In this document: positions 1 through 11,759 of the stretch, piece after piece
Layout of the letters: each line of letters opens with the position of its first letter
Numbering within the stretch: position 1 is the stretch's first letter
Origin: Octopus vulgaris
Taxonomy: Eukaryota
NCBI GenBank assembly: GCA_951406725.2
Contig: OX597822.1
Span: forward strand, 69,812,001 to 69,876,000
Reading direction: 5' to 3'
Length of the DNA stretch: 64,000 nucleotides
Notes under the pieces: generated by a model
Database searches by the model: none
Seen by the model: the letters and a program-made list of their open reading frames with translations, nothing else
What the model was told of the DNA's origin: nothing
Translations under genes and position numbers: made by a program

Positions 1-86
1 ATCTAGCAGTATATTGGATATATGTTATCCCATGGAGGGTTGAATTTACAACCCCTATCTCATTTTATATATATATATATATATAT

Positions 87-190
87 ATCTCTATATATAA
101 ACGGCAGTTTGTCTGTGCGTGTTTCTGTGTGTAAAATTCTTTATAGTTATTTCCCTTACAAACCTGAGCAACGCCGGGCGATACTGCTAG
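87..190 (+). mobile_element. Mini Helitron-like non-autonomous element
   Basis: Starts TCTCTATATATAAA followed by (GTCT/GT) repeats. Ends with a GC-rich hairpin (cctgagcaacgccggg) followed by CTAG, which are typical Helitron termini. Sits in a TA tract. Confidence 0.55.
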
Positions 191-219
191 TATATATATA
201 TATATATATATATATATAC

Positions 220-379
220 GACGAGCTTCTTTCAGTTTCCGTCTACCAAATCAACTCACAAGGCTTTGGTCAGCCTGAGGCTATAGTAGAAGACACTTGC
301 CCAAGGTGCCATGCAATGGGACTGAACCCAGAACCATGTGGTTGGTAAGCAAGCTACTTACCACACAGCCACTCCTGCA
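220..379 (-). mobile_element. tRNA-headed CORE-like SINE (family A), 5' half
   Basis: Minus strand reads GCAGGAGTGGCTGTGTGGTAAG...GGTTC(A)GTCCC (A/B boxes), then CCTTGGGCAAGT. The same sequence recurs more than 10 times in the window. Confidence 0.85.
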
Positions 380-431
380 GAAAAACTTAAAAACAGAGAA
401 GCAGACTCTAAGAAGTAGAGCAGTCTGTATT

Positions 432-716
432 TATTACGGGTGAAGGCCTGTTTATAAGGTTACCCTGGGTTTCTCACCATAAAGAGTATCTTTATGGTGT
501 ATCATCAGACTTGTTGACCTATGGCCTCTTTAACGTATGGAGACGGAAACGAACTGGATATAAAGCTGATGACCACCAGAAGAGGGAGATAACCCCATTC
601 TCTCTATCAGGTTGGTTTCCTCCTCCATATTTTAAAGAGGCCATAGGCCAACAAGCCTTAGGGTCTGGTTGGCAAGAAATCCAGAGTAATCCTATAAACA
701 GGCCTTCACCAGTAAT

Positions 717-717
<1 letters not shown>
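432..717. repeat. Degenerate fold-back inverted repeat next to (TA)n
   Basis: tattacgggtgaaggcctgtttata (432-) pairs with tataaacaggccttcaccagtaata (-717). cttgttgacctatggcctctttaa pairs with ttaaagaggccataggccaacaag. Confidence 0.8.
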
Positions 718-749
<32 letters not shown>

Positions 750-840
750 GATATATATACATATACATATGGAAGTCATCTAAAAGTCCATAAGTCTAGA
801 AAAAGATGCATTAGTATATCTGTCAATAGAGTAGGTATAT

Positions 841-1059
841 TAATCCGAAATGTACAGTATTATATATCCATCATGGCTGATCTTGCCAATTGGTTTCATG
901 CTATGAAATAAGGCACCATATTTTATTCCATATCGGCTACCTCTGATGAGCATAGGATTATATAATTGGATTGTTACCTAACACTCTGTTGTACCACTAG
1001 TGCAAAACCAGTTGGTAAGATCAGCTATGATGGATATATAATACTGTACATTTGGGATA
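841..1059 (+). repeat. Inverted repeat (~57-bp arms) enclosing a degenerate hammerhead motif
   Basis: Arms are 841-897 and 1004-1059. CTGATGA lies at 943-949, with GCA...TGC as stem II and AAAAC-CAGTTG-GTA after it. The inverted arm preserves GAAACCAATTGG. Confidence 0.7.
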
Positions 1060-1070
1060 ATATATATATA

Positions 1071-1951
1071 CAGGGTGTGGTAAATAGACTGTTGTCTAAA
1101 TTACACAAAAATGAAACTAACACTGACATCTCATTTTAACCAAAAATACATAAAAATACCTTGAAATACTAAAGAGTAAATTTATTCAATAAAATCACCA
1201 TTGGCTTCAACCACAGCCTCCAGATGACTTTGGAATCTCCTGCAGCTCTTCTTGACAGTCTCCTTATTTATTTAAGTTGGTCAATGCTGCCATAATCCTT
1301 GCCTTCAGTTCATCTTTGGTGTTACAAGGAGTTTTGTTGGTCTCTCGCTCAACTGTGCCCCACACATAATAATCAAGAGGTTGCAGTCCGGGGTATTATA
1401 TAACCAAATGTTAGGGGTGATGTGGTTGCAGAAATTGTCTGACAGCCATGACTGGGTTCCCCTGCTTATGTAGCATGATGCAGAGTCCTGTTGCCAGACA
1501 TTAGGGTCTTCCAGCAGTGACCCTCTTGACCCAGGACAGCACTACCTCTTTCAGGCACCTTATGTAGGCCTCTGTGTTAAGTCTGCGGCTGTATGGGAAG
1601 ATGGAGGCATAATGTCGCCATCACTAGTAATTACTCCGAACACCATGGTGTTGACCGGATGTTTGATTTTTATCACTCTTAGTACATGTCTTCAGATTGC
1701 ACTATCCTCAGATTGACACCCAGACACGCTGAAATGCTCACACTGGAGCTTCTGGTGTGAATGCCAAGCAGTACAGCATGTCATTTCCAAATTTCTGGCA
1801 GAGTGAATCGCATCATGGTGCTGTTTTTCTCACAGATGGTGCCCAACTAACCCTACTATAGTGTGTAGTTGACAAAATCAAAAACAATGCATATGTGCAA
1901 AATTAAAAATATAAAATGGCGACAGTTTACCCATCACACCTGGTATGTATG
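1071..1951 (-). mobile_element. Tc1/mariner-superfamily DD37D (maT-type) transposon remnant
   Basis: TA-flanked CAGGGTGTGG... terminus. Disrupted minus-strand transposase fragments: WQQDSA...WLSDNF..HITPNIW...DCNxLDYYVWG..ERETNKTPCNTKDELKARIM. Confidence 0.8.
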
Positions 1952-2029
1952 TGTGTATACACACACACATATATGTATACCCATATGCATACATAACATA
2001 TCTATACCTTACATGCACACACACACACA

Positions 2030-2275
2030 CCCATGCATACTTGATGGCTGCAGCTTGATTTTAAACAATGCCATCACTTTATGGTTCTTGTAGACACAGG
2101 CAGGAGAGATATGGCTGTTCAATCCTGCAAGGGGCCTAACTCTTTAGATGTGGCAATGGGGGATGCTTCTTGCTTCAGGCATTCAGAGATCTTACCTCCT
2201 ACACTGACATATTTTCATTCCATCATGGAATTTTTTACCGAGTGTTTTGCCTTTCTTGCCTATGGCCAGCCATAG
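2030..2275 (-). repeat. Deleted LINE-derived dispersed repeat (second copy at 31720-31960, +)
   Basis: The reverse complement aligns by eye to 31720-31960 and includes an RT-like fragment KFHGGMKACV. Confidence 0.55.
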
Positions 2276-2745
2276 TACGCAACATATAATAGACATGTTA
2301 AAAATCACATGATGTCTATGCTTGTAGTGTTTTAAAGTGACAGAAGGCCTTGCACAGGACAATCCCATTCTTTAAACACTATACGTATTTGCCCCAAAGA
2401 GAAAACTAGGTGACATCATTGGATGCAAACAAAGTCACAAGTGTTACTTCAGAATCTTTTGTCCAAACAAAGACCAGTAGTTAGATGGCCATTGAGTTCA
2501 TCTGCCCTTTAACAGGTCTTGTTTCTCGTTTTGCAGGATATCTAATGAAAACCATCCTCCTTACCAAGAAGGTTTAGTTGCTGATAGCTCAACCATGCAA
2601 CATAATGTATCGGGTTACATGTTACTAGTAGCACTAAAATTGACCTTACATACATACATACATACATTCAATATGTGACCATGTGTGTATCGTTGGCGAT
2701 TTTTTTCCTCCATCTTCCCTTCTTTGGATCTTTCCCTTTTCTATG

Positions 2746-2778
2746 TTTCTGACAAAGAGCTCCGCTCGAAACATTAAA
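2746..2778 (+). ncRNA. Degenerate minimal hammerhead motif (Penelope-type)
   Basis: TTT-CTGACAA-A-GAGC-TCC-GCTC-GAAAC-AT-TAAA. Two G>A changes at CpG sites would restore CTGACGA and GAAACGT. Confidence 0.55.
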
Positions 2779-3417
2779 TCCTCCTTCTTTCTTTCCTTTC
2801 CTGAGCATCCAATAACACTATACTTGTTCCACGTCCTTGCGTTTTCTCTTTGTGTTTTCATGTTTGGATTAACTATACATACATACATACATCATCGTCA
2901 TAATCGTCATTTAATATCTGTTTTCCATACTAGTATGGGTTGGAGGATTTGATAGGATTTAGTGAGCTGCAAGGCCACATTAATCTCCGATGTCTGCTTT
3001 GGCAGAGTCTCTGTTGCTGGATGCTCTTCCTAATGCCAACCACTTTACAGAGGGGATTTTTCATGTCACTGGCACTAGTGAGACAGAAATTTACAAGGCA
3101 GAAAAATAACAGGGAAAAAAAAGAAAAAGATCCCACTCATAAGCAGGAGTATTTGGGAGGTGAAGGTGGAGGAGGATGGCTTTCGCCAGGTATTGAAAGG
3201 CTAAAGTATAATAGCAGGACAAATACAGGTGTCTTGTTGCAGAGGAGATGCATGGCTGGAGGAAAAAATGGAGGCTAGATAAAAGGAAGTTGTGATGGGG
3301 CAAATTCTCAAGGTACAAAAGGGTGAGCATAAGAGAAAACACAGACAGTGGTTCATGAGAAGGGATGAGAGAGTGAATACTTTCATAAGAGGGTGAATGG
3401 AGAGTAACAGATAATTA

Positions 3418-3815
3418 GGCGTAGGAGTGGCTGTGTGGTAAGTATCTTGCTTACGAATGACAGGGTTCAAGTCCCACTGCGTGGCATCTTGGGCAAGTGT
3501 CTTCTACTATAGTCTCAGGCCGACCAAATCCTTGTAAGTGGATTTGGTAATTGGAAACTAGAAGAAGACCGTCATATATGTATATATATGTATATGTGTG
3601 TGTGCGTGTGTGTGTTTGTGTCTGTCTTTGTTCCCACAACATCGTTTGACAACCGATGCTGGTATGTTTATGTCCCCGTAAGTTGGCGGTTCGGCAAAAG
3701 AGACCGATAGAATAAGTACTAGGCTTACAAAGAATAAGCTCTGGGGTCGATTTGCTCGACTAAAGACGGTGCTCCAGCATGGCCGCAGTCAAATGACTGA
3801 AACAGGTAACAGAAT
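3418..3815 (+). mobile_element. Full-length SINE family A with internal (TA/TG)n
   Basis: tRNA-like head GGCGTAGGAGTGGCTGTGTGGTAAG...GGTTCAAGTCCC, CORE-like CTTGGGCAAGT, an internal microsatellite and a tail ending GACTGAAACAGGTAA. Confidence 0.85.
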
Positions 3816-5024
3816 AAAATAATTTAAAAAAAAAAGATTCAGTAAGACATTTAATTTTTTTCAGCTCTCATGTTAATTCTTTACAGTTTTGTGTGATTTG
3901 TTATAAAAATATTATCAGATTCAATAAGAGGTTTCATCTTTTCCCTTTCCATGTTCATTAATTTTTATCTTTTTATTGAGGGTTAAACAATTTTTTTTTG
4001 TTGAAGGAGATAACCAAAAGTACCGATATTTCTCATAAAAAGTGGCGAGATAACCCAATTTTTTAATGGGGGTGAGATAACCAAAAAGGTACCCATCCTT
4101 CTAGCTAGGTTGGTCATTATAAAAACCGAATTCTGTACACACACACACACACCAGTTATCAGCAAGCAGTGACCAGTTAGACACATAGCTAGAGATGGGC
4201 AAGCAGTGACCGTCGACACAATACCGTAGCAGTTGCATATCACGGACAGACGAGACAGAAAAACAGCACAACCCGACCAAATGACAAACGCACACACAGA
4301 CACATAAGATGTCTTATACTATCTCGTCACATAAACATTCTCTTTCCTCTGTTTTCACTTCGCCGACTCGAAGAAGTTGGTAACTTCATGTAGCAGCATA
4401 TTTATCCGTTTTTTTTTTTTCAAATCAAACTTTCTGTATCCAACACGTAAATGCAACTGTTAACCAAATAAATTATGAAAACTGCATTCCTGTTCTTTGT
4501 CGTGTTTTCCTTTGATGTCGGTCCAACACGCCTATCTTCATCTGTTGCACACGACAACGTACATTGAACCATCAACAACATGACATTTCGCTACACATTC
4601 CGCTACAGTCTTCTTGTTTTCTCTTCTGCTGCCTCAACAAGGTTTGAAAACTGCTAAAGACATGTCATGAAGACATCCCTACAACACCATCAAGTTGAGG
4701 CCCCTAGGCAAAGCATATATATATGTATGTGTGTACGTGTGTAATATATATGTGCATATATATCTTTTATCCTTGTTTCAGTTACTGGACTGTGGTCCAG
4801 CTGAGGCACTGCCTTGAAAGATTTTACTCAAACAAATTAACCCTACCCACCTTTTTTTTTTAAAGTCTAGTACTCGTTCTATTGGTCCTTTTCGTCAAAC
4901 CGCTGGTTTTGGGGACTTAAACCAACACTAATTGACAAGTGCCGTGTGTGAGAGGTCAAACATAGACACGAAGACGCACACAAACAAATAAGATCAAATG
5001 TAATGAATCTTTAGTTAATGTTTG

Positions 5025-5276
5025 GGATCTTTTCCTTTTGAACGGCAGTTTTCAACACAATTTCTAGTTAACTAAACACTATGGACGTATTTGATTGGTT
5101 AAAATTGCCGAAATGCTCGAAATTAAAGTCGAAATATGTTACAACATATAGAATTTTCTCAATAAAGCCAAGAAAAAATGATGTTTTATAAACACATTTT
5201 ACCAGTATACGAAGTTTAAAAGTGTTTAGTTAACTAGAAATTGTGTTGAAAACTACCGTTCAAAAGGAAAAGACCC
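5025..5276. mobile_element. MITE with ~55-bp TIRs and 8-bp TSD (Merlin-like termini)
   Basis: TIR ggatcttttccttttgaacggcagttttcaacacaatttctagttaactaaacact with its inverse at 5221-5276. TSD AATGTTTG at 5017-5024 and 5277-5284. Confidence 0.8.
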
Positions 5277-6040
5277 AATGTTTGTGTGTGTATGCATATA
5301 TGTATGTATGTGGCGGGCTTCCACACAGTTTCTATCTACCAAACTTACTAACAAGGCATTTGTCGACCAAGGGCTATAGTAGCCGACACCTAAGATGCCG
5401 CATAGTGGGGGGATGAACATGAAACAACGTAGTTACAAAGTGAACTGCGTTAATATTTAACTACAGTGGCATCAATTAAAATGATGCATGTTACACACTA
5501 CACTGTGTCACGCTGAATCTGCCTGGACATTTACGTTAAGAGCGTACATGCCTATCAAATGCTCAGCCGTTCACACGTTGATTCAGGAGCAAGTATTTCC
5601 GCTGATCGAACAATACTAACCGCCGAAACAGACAGAGTTCACACACACACAAAATCTCCCATTGATAAATCTTAACCAAATGAAAAACGTTAGCTAATTT
5701 ACAAGCACTAATCCTTAGTCATTAGTGTAATTTTTTCTAGCACGTGTACATAATTTACATTGACACCGGTTCCAGCGCTGCGCATATTTATAACTTCGTA
5801 ACTATTCCCTCGTGGTTTGTGTCTATTAATAAAGTATCACATAGGATAATTATGAATGAAAAAGTAAATTATATTTTATGTATGAAACTTTTTCACTCTA
5901 AACACTATCAAAATAGTTTCTTATGAAACTATTTATTTTGTTTTATAAAATTACCCAGAAGTCCATTTATATATGGCCAGAACCTGCCAGTTGCGACAAG
6001 TTGTGGTAAACTTTTGATTTTATTTCTGTTATCCGACAAC

Positions 6041-7675
6041 ATGGATGGACAGTTCGACGACGCCGTAGATGATACATCAGAGCCTATTCTACAAGAAAAA
6101 TTCGAAAAGGAAGTTTACAGCAGTTCTTCAAGTGAAGAAAATGAAGAGTCTTCAGATGATTACGACGATGATCTGAGTTTTGAATGGACCAACATGTCTG
6201 GAAATTTCACTAAGAGATATAACACTGCCATGTCAGGCGGACCAACGAATTCACATCAAACAGCGTCACAGAGTAAAAATACGAAGGAGTCTTATCAGCC
6301 TCTTGACAAAGTTCTTAAAAATGTTCTTGATTTGAAGATGAAAACCACGAAATACGAAGGTCCATCTAATTGTTTTTTTAGTAAATCGGAAAGGAAAGCC
6401 GAAGCGGAACGCCTTCGAGGAAAAGACAAGTCTGAGCGAGCCACTTCAGAACAAGCTCTTGATCCACGGACTCGGATGATAATTTTTAAATTACTAGGTC
6501 GTGGTGTAATATATAATATCAACGGTTGTATTAGCACTGGCAAGGAGGCCAATGTTTACCATGCCACCGGAAAAGACGATTTTGATATCGCTGTAAAAAT
6601 TTACAAAACTTCGATTTTGGTCTTTAAAGATCGAGACAAATACGTCTCGGGTGAATATAGATTTCGACATGGATATTGCAAACGGAATCCCAGAAAGATG
6701 GTCAAAACATGGGCTGAGAAAGAAATGCGAAATCTCCAAAGAATACATCAGTCTGGTATTTTGTGTCCGAAACCTATTCTGTTACGAAGTCATGTTTTCC
6801 TAATGGAGTTTATCGGAAAAGACGGCTGGCCAGCACCTTTGCTACACGAAGCTGTCTTAACAGAATCAAAAGCTCGTGAGTTGTATCTTGATTGTATTTT
6901 AATGATGAGAACATTGTATCATGAATGTCGGTTAGTTCACGCTGATCTAAGTGAATTCAACATGTTGTTTCACGAAGGGAAAATCTATTTGATCGATGTT
7001 TCTCAATCGGTCGAACACGACCACCCTAACGCATTGTTTTTCTTGCGTAAAGACTGTACAAATGTGACGGACTTTTTCCGTAAACATTCCGTTTGTGGTT
7101 TAACTGTGAAGGAATTATTCGATTTTGTCACTGATTCTTCTATAACAGACACAAACGTGGACGATTATCTAGATAAGGCTATGACCATTACTGCTGGGAG
7201 AACTTTGGAAGAAATTACGCAACAAGACAAAGTAGACGAGGAAGTGTTTAAGAAGATTTTTATCCCAAGAAATCTTGATGAAGTTGTTAATTTTGAACGC
7301 GATATTTTAAATGCTAAGAAAGGAGACACAGAACAGGTGTACTATCAGACAGTTGTTGGTCAAAAACCAGATTTAAGCGGACCACAAAAAGAACCATTAT
7401 TACTTGAGAAACAAAATGATGAAACTGGTTCTGCAGAGGAGTCTGCAGAAAACTCTGACCAAACAGATGATAGCGGACAAGATAGTGATGATGAAAACGA
7501 AGATAGTGGTAAGAACGTTGAAGGAAATATTCACCATAGAGCCAGGAACGAGTCACCCAATAGTCGCAAGAACCGTAAAAAATTAGTGAAAGAAGCTAAA
7601 CAAAAGTCAAGAAGTCAAAAAATCCCAAAGCATGTAAAAAAACGCAAAGAGAAGTTAGCAAAGACAAAACGTTAA
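6041..7675 (+). CDS. RIOK1: Serine/threonine-protein kinase RIO1, single coding exon (544 aa)
   Basis: Uninterrupted ORF from ATG 6041 (MDGQFDDA, matching the conserved GQFDDA N-terminus). RIO1 motifs include [75 protein letters not shown] and [12 protein letters not shown], plus a basic C-tail [12 protein letters not shown]. Confidence 0.97.
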   Translation: MDGQFDDAVDDTSEPILQEKFEKEVYSSSSSEENEESSDDYDDDLSFEWTNMSGNFTKRYNTAMSGGPTNSHQTASQSKNTKESYQPLDKVLKNVLDLKMKTTKYEGPSNCFFSKSERKAEAERLRGKDKSERATSEQALDPRTRMIIFKLLGRGVIYNINGCISTGKEANVYHATGKDDFDIAVKIYKTSILVFKDRDKYVSGEYRFRHGYCKRNPRKMVKTWAEKEMRNLQRIHQSGILCPKPILLRSHVFLMEFIGKDGWPAPLLHEAVLTESKARELYLDCILMMRTLYHECRLVHADLSEFNMLFHEGKIYLIDVSQSVEHDHPNALFFLRKDCTNVTDFFRKHSVCGLTVKELFDFVTDSSITDTNVDDYLDKAMTITAGRTLEEITQQDKVDEEVFKKIFIPRNLDEVVNFERDILNAKKGDTEQVYYQTVVGQKPDLSGPQKEPLLLEKQNDETGSAEESAENSDQTDDSGQDSDDENEDSGKNVEGNIHHRARNESPNSRKNRKKLVKEAKQKSRSQKIPKHVKKRKEKLAKTKR

Positions 7676-7783
7676 GTCAAAAGTTATTGTAGTTTTTATG
7701 TACACACCGTTTTTCTTGAATGAAGCACTGCTTATTAACAGTTGTTTAGTGTTGAGTTTAATGTTTGTGTACTTGTGTATATA

Positions 7784-8056
7784 CCGTATTTGATGGCATA
7801 AAAGACACTCGGGCATATAAGAGTATCCCAATTTCAGTAGCGCATATTCAGGAAGGAAAACATTTGGCGAAGGTAAATAAAGCCCAAACCCCTGTGTTGA
7901 AAACAGGTGGTGTGCGTATTTTTTTTTTTACCTCCGCTAAAAGTTTTATGCATTAAAGTTTATGGTAGTCTCAACATCGTATATAGGACCCAGGGTAGTT
8001 TTTTTTTTTGACATTTTTCTTGGGGGGAAAAAAGTCTTATTTGCCATCATATACAG
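7784..8056. mobile_element. TA-flanked Tc1/pogo-type MITE downstream of RIOK1
   Basis: TA|ccgtatttgatggcataaaagac ... gtcttatttgccatcatatacag|TA. Confidence 0.7.
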
Positions 8057-8689
8057 TAATTTTAATGATACCAACCTCAAAAGTAGCCAGTCTATCTTCA
8101 AAGGGTTGAATTGTTAAAAGTTTATTAATTCTGTTCTTTTTTACCTTCAAGCCCCACTTAATAAAAGGCTTTTATTTAATTTTATAATTTAGTCAAAGGA
8201 CAATGGGTCATGCCTGTGACCTTTGCTGGAGAAGAAAGGAGGCAGAAATTACAGCTTATTGATTGCTGTTAACTATTTACTTTGATCCACATAACTATTT
8301 CATCTGGAAGTCAATGAGTGCAGGTGAGAATATTAGGAAATAGGGTAGCCTCTTGAGGCAACACTACTCATTGAGTTGAGCTCCTGCCAACTGGTGGCAA
8401 GACACCTTTAAAGAATCAGTCCCACCTATACCCTCAAATAAACAGTGGCAGGGGAAGCTAGAAATAATAAACAAATCTTCCTCAGATCACACATCACATA
8501 TTACCATTTTAAATAAGCAAAGGTGACATTTCATTATATAGTCCTAGATACTCTTAGAAAGACTGGATGATCATAGCTGGAATGGCTTTGATCTTAGAGT
8601 TCACTCTTGAGCTAAACCCTCAGGCACAATCCAGCAGGAAGTAGCACATCAAGATATTTAGTTATCTTCGTATTAGCTGTTATTATTGT

Positions 8690-8910
8690 GAGGGTGCATA
8701 GCTTAGTGGTTACATTATTCAACTCATAGTTGTGAGGTCGTGAGTTCAATTCCTGATAATGTGTGGTCCTTGAACAAGACCCTCTTTCACATTGCCCCTG
8801 TCCACTCAGCTGGCAAAAATTAGTTGTATGTGTAATTTAAAGAGTCAGCCTTGTCACATTGTGTCATGCTAAATTTTCCTGAGAACTATGTTAAAAGTAC
8901 GCGCGTCTAT
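8690..8910 (+). mobile_element. tRNA-derived CORE-type SINE (family C)
   Basis: Head gagggtgcatagcttagtggtta...gagttcaattcc, then ccttgaacaagac...tccactcagctggcaaaaat. Relatives lie at 44860-45200 and 54830-55085 (-). Confidence 0.65.
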
Positions 8911-8959
8911 TGACAAGTATTAATGTTTTGTAACTTTGGTAGTACTGATGTCCATTCTA

Positions 8960-10215
8960 AGTTTGTGATTTTGTGCTCACATTAGAAGTTATTGCGTTCT
9001 GAGTTCAAATCTTGTTGCAGTCAACTTCACCTTTCATCCTTTCGTACCAGTCCACCACTGGGTTCGATGTAATGACCTCCTCATAAAATTGCTGACAGTG
9101 TACCAAAATTAAGGAAGTGAGCTACCAGAATCATTAGCATATTAGGCACTGGTGTAGCTAGAGTGTGTGCAGCCCTTCCCATTTACTGCCCCAAAAACAC
9201 ATTGTCTACAGCAATAGCCTACAACAGGAGTAAAAGTTCCGTCCCCACCTCCCAGCCATGCTAGTGATGTTAGGTTAGGTAAAATGCTTGGCATCACTTC
9301 TAGCTCTTTACGCTCTGAGTTTAACTCCTAATAAGATAGACTTTATCTTTCATCCTTCCAGGGTCAATAAAATAAATACTAGGTGAGCAATAGGGTCAGT
9401 ATAATTAATTTACCCCACCCCAACCCCTGAATCCTAAAATTGCTGGTTTTTTTAGGATTCAGAGTTGGCAGAATTGTTAGCATACCAGATAAAATGTTTA
9501 GCAGCATTTCATCTAAGTTCTAATCTCACTGAAGTTGACTTTGCCTTCCATCATTTTGAAGTTGATAAAATAAGTACCTGTTCTGCCCTGGGGTTGATGT
9601 AATCAACTATGCTCCTCCTCTAAAATTGCAGCCCTTATTCCAAAATTTGAAATAATATTGTCATTATGTCAAGGTGGCAAGCTGGCAGAAACGTTAGCCC
9701 ATCAGGTGCAATGCTTATCAGTATTTCATCTGTCTTTACGTTCTGAGTTCAAATTCCGCCAAGGTCGGCTATGCCTTTCATCCTCTCGGGGTCGATAAAT
9801 TAAGTACCAGTTGCATACTGAGGTCGATCTAATCAACTGGCCCCTATCCCTGAAAATTTCGGGCCTTGTGCCAAGAGTAGAAAAGAATAAGTTCCATTCC
9901 TATCAAAGTCGACTTCGTTTGTATCCCCTCAGGGTCAGTAAAACAAAATATCAGTAAAGTGCCAGCTGTGATTTACACCCACCTCCGAGGCTTTTAGTCT
10001 GAGAAGTAATTTTTATAATTATTTAAGGGCAGAATTGTTCGTATCCCACAAAATGTCTTGTAGTATTTGTTCCATTCATTCTGAGTTAAATTCCTGTCAA
10101 GTTCAGTTTGCCTCTCATCCTTTTGGAATTGATAAAATAAAGTACCAACCAAATACTAGAGTTGATGGTATTGACTAACCCTCTCCCATAAAAATGTTAG
10201 GCCTTAGGATAGAAG
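8960..10215 (+). mobile_element. Cluster of about six tandem, decayed SINE family B copies
   Basis: Repeated TTCTGAGTTCAAAT...GCCTTTCATCCTT...GTCGATAAA..AAGTACC blocks. The best copy is 9672-9890. Confidence 0.8.
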
Positions 10216-10299
10216 CAATTGTTCTTCAAGGGCATTAAATCAACTGAATCAAAAGAGTGCTGTCCCTTTATGTTGTGACTTCAAAAACTCAGAAAGTCA

Positions 10300-10497
10300 T
10301 TACGCCAATAACAATACACGCACAGATCAATTACAATTCTTTATTGTTAGTCATTTGGCTAAATATCTAATTAATCGATCGTTAACAAAAGACTGATTGT
10401 TTAACCTGCACAAGCTATCGATTAATTGATTAGATATTTAACTAATTGATTAACAATAAAGAATTCAAATTGATCTGTGCAATTGTTATTGGTGTAA
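10300..10497. repeat. Imperfect fold-back inverted repeat
   Basis: ttacgccaataacaat...gcacagatcaatt...aattctttattgtta...taaatatctaat is mirrored by attagatattta...taacaataaagaatt...aattgatctgtgc.attgttattggtgtaa. Confidence 0.8.
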
Positions 10498-11324
10498 TAA
10501 TTCTCCCAAGGCCCAACAAAATTTATTTCAATACGCGAATACAGATCAAGAATCTTTGAAGCCAAATACAAAAACGAAGTGAATAAGATAGTCAAAGTTA
10601 GAAATTATAATTATTGCTTAATTGAACTATGACATCTATTTGCCAGTTTTTATAAACATTTCTTTTTCTTATGAAGGACATCTTTATGCAAAATGCAGAT
10701 GGAACGTTACACAAACACTCTTAATATCTTAGGCTGGCTTTTGAATCGGAAGTAATTGGCCAAATATACTACCTGTTTGATGCCAACTACAGGGTTAAGA
10801 GCTGATTCAATTATCTAACCGTCTTCATACATTGTGAGCCATTAGAAGGTAGTCTACATGGTTGCTGAACCTGTTGGAAATAGCTGTTGAATCTCCATCA
10901 AATCTTACCCCAACATCTTAAAAAAAAAAGTGATGGTCATGGCTGAAACGCCTTTGATCATAGATCTACTCTATCGGAATTGAGCTGTAGTCATAGCTGA
11001 AACGCCTTTGTTCATAGATCTGCTCTGGGAAATAAACAAGTCTTACTAATTTTTGCAGAAATCCAGCAATTTGAGGGGAAAGATTTGGTTGATTACATCA
11101 ACCCCCAGTACTTTTATTGACCCTGAAAGGATGAAAAGTAAAGTCAGCTTTGATAGAATTTGAACTCAGCATAAAAATCCAGAAGAAATGCTGCTAAGCA
11201 CTTTATTCGACAAGATTCTGCCAGCTTGCTGCATTAAACGGTTTTCAAATTTTCACACAAGATCAGCAATTCCTAGGATAGTGGGACAGTTTATTATATC
11301 AACTCTAGCGTTCAACAAGTACTT

Positions 11325-11650
11325 CATCATCATCGTCGTTTAACGTCTACTTTCCATGCTGGCATGGGTTGGACGGTTTGACTTGACGGCTGGTCAGCCA
11401 TGAGGCTACACCAGGCTCCAATCCAATCTGGCAATGTTTCTACAGCTGGATGCCCTTCCTAATGCCAGCCACTCCGAGAGTGTAGTGGGTGCTTTTTACA
11501 TGCCACCAGCATGGGACCAATCAGCCAGCACTGGCATTGACCATGCTCAAATGGTGCTTTTTACATGCCGCCAGTCAGGCGGCACTGGCAACAATCATGC
11601 TTGAATGGTGCTTTTTACGTGCCAGCTGCATGGGACCAGTCAGGCAGCAC
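11325..11650 (-). mobile_element. 5'-truncated RTE LINE 3'UTR copy with (GAT)n tail
   Basis: Matches the 3'UTR at 62017-62540 (AAAAGCACC subrepeats, GGAAGGGCATCCAGCTGTAGAAAC, GACGTTAAACGATGATG). Confidence 0.8.
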
Positions 11651-11759
11651 AACCATCGACCCATGAAAGTAAGAAAGTTAAAGTTGGCCTCAGTGAAATT
11701 TGAACTCAGAAGCATAGCTAACAATTTTGTCAGCACTTCTTTGACCTGAGAAATAATTA

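Noticed and set aside
2538-2572. Plus-strand micro-exon (ttttgcag...AAG|gtttag)
   Set aside because: The splice-like signals have no partner exons or homology to support them.
6014-6040. ORF-track start of RIOK1 at 6014
   Set aside because: It is a TTG. The first ATG is 6041 and it directly precedes the conserved GQFDDA motif.
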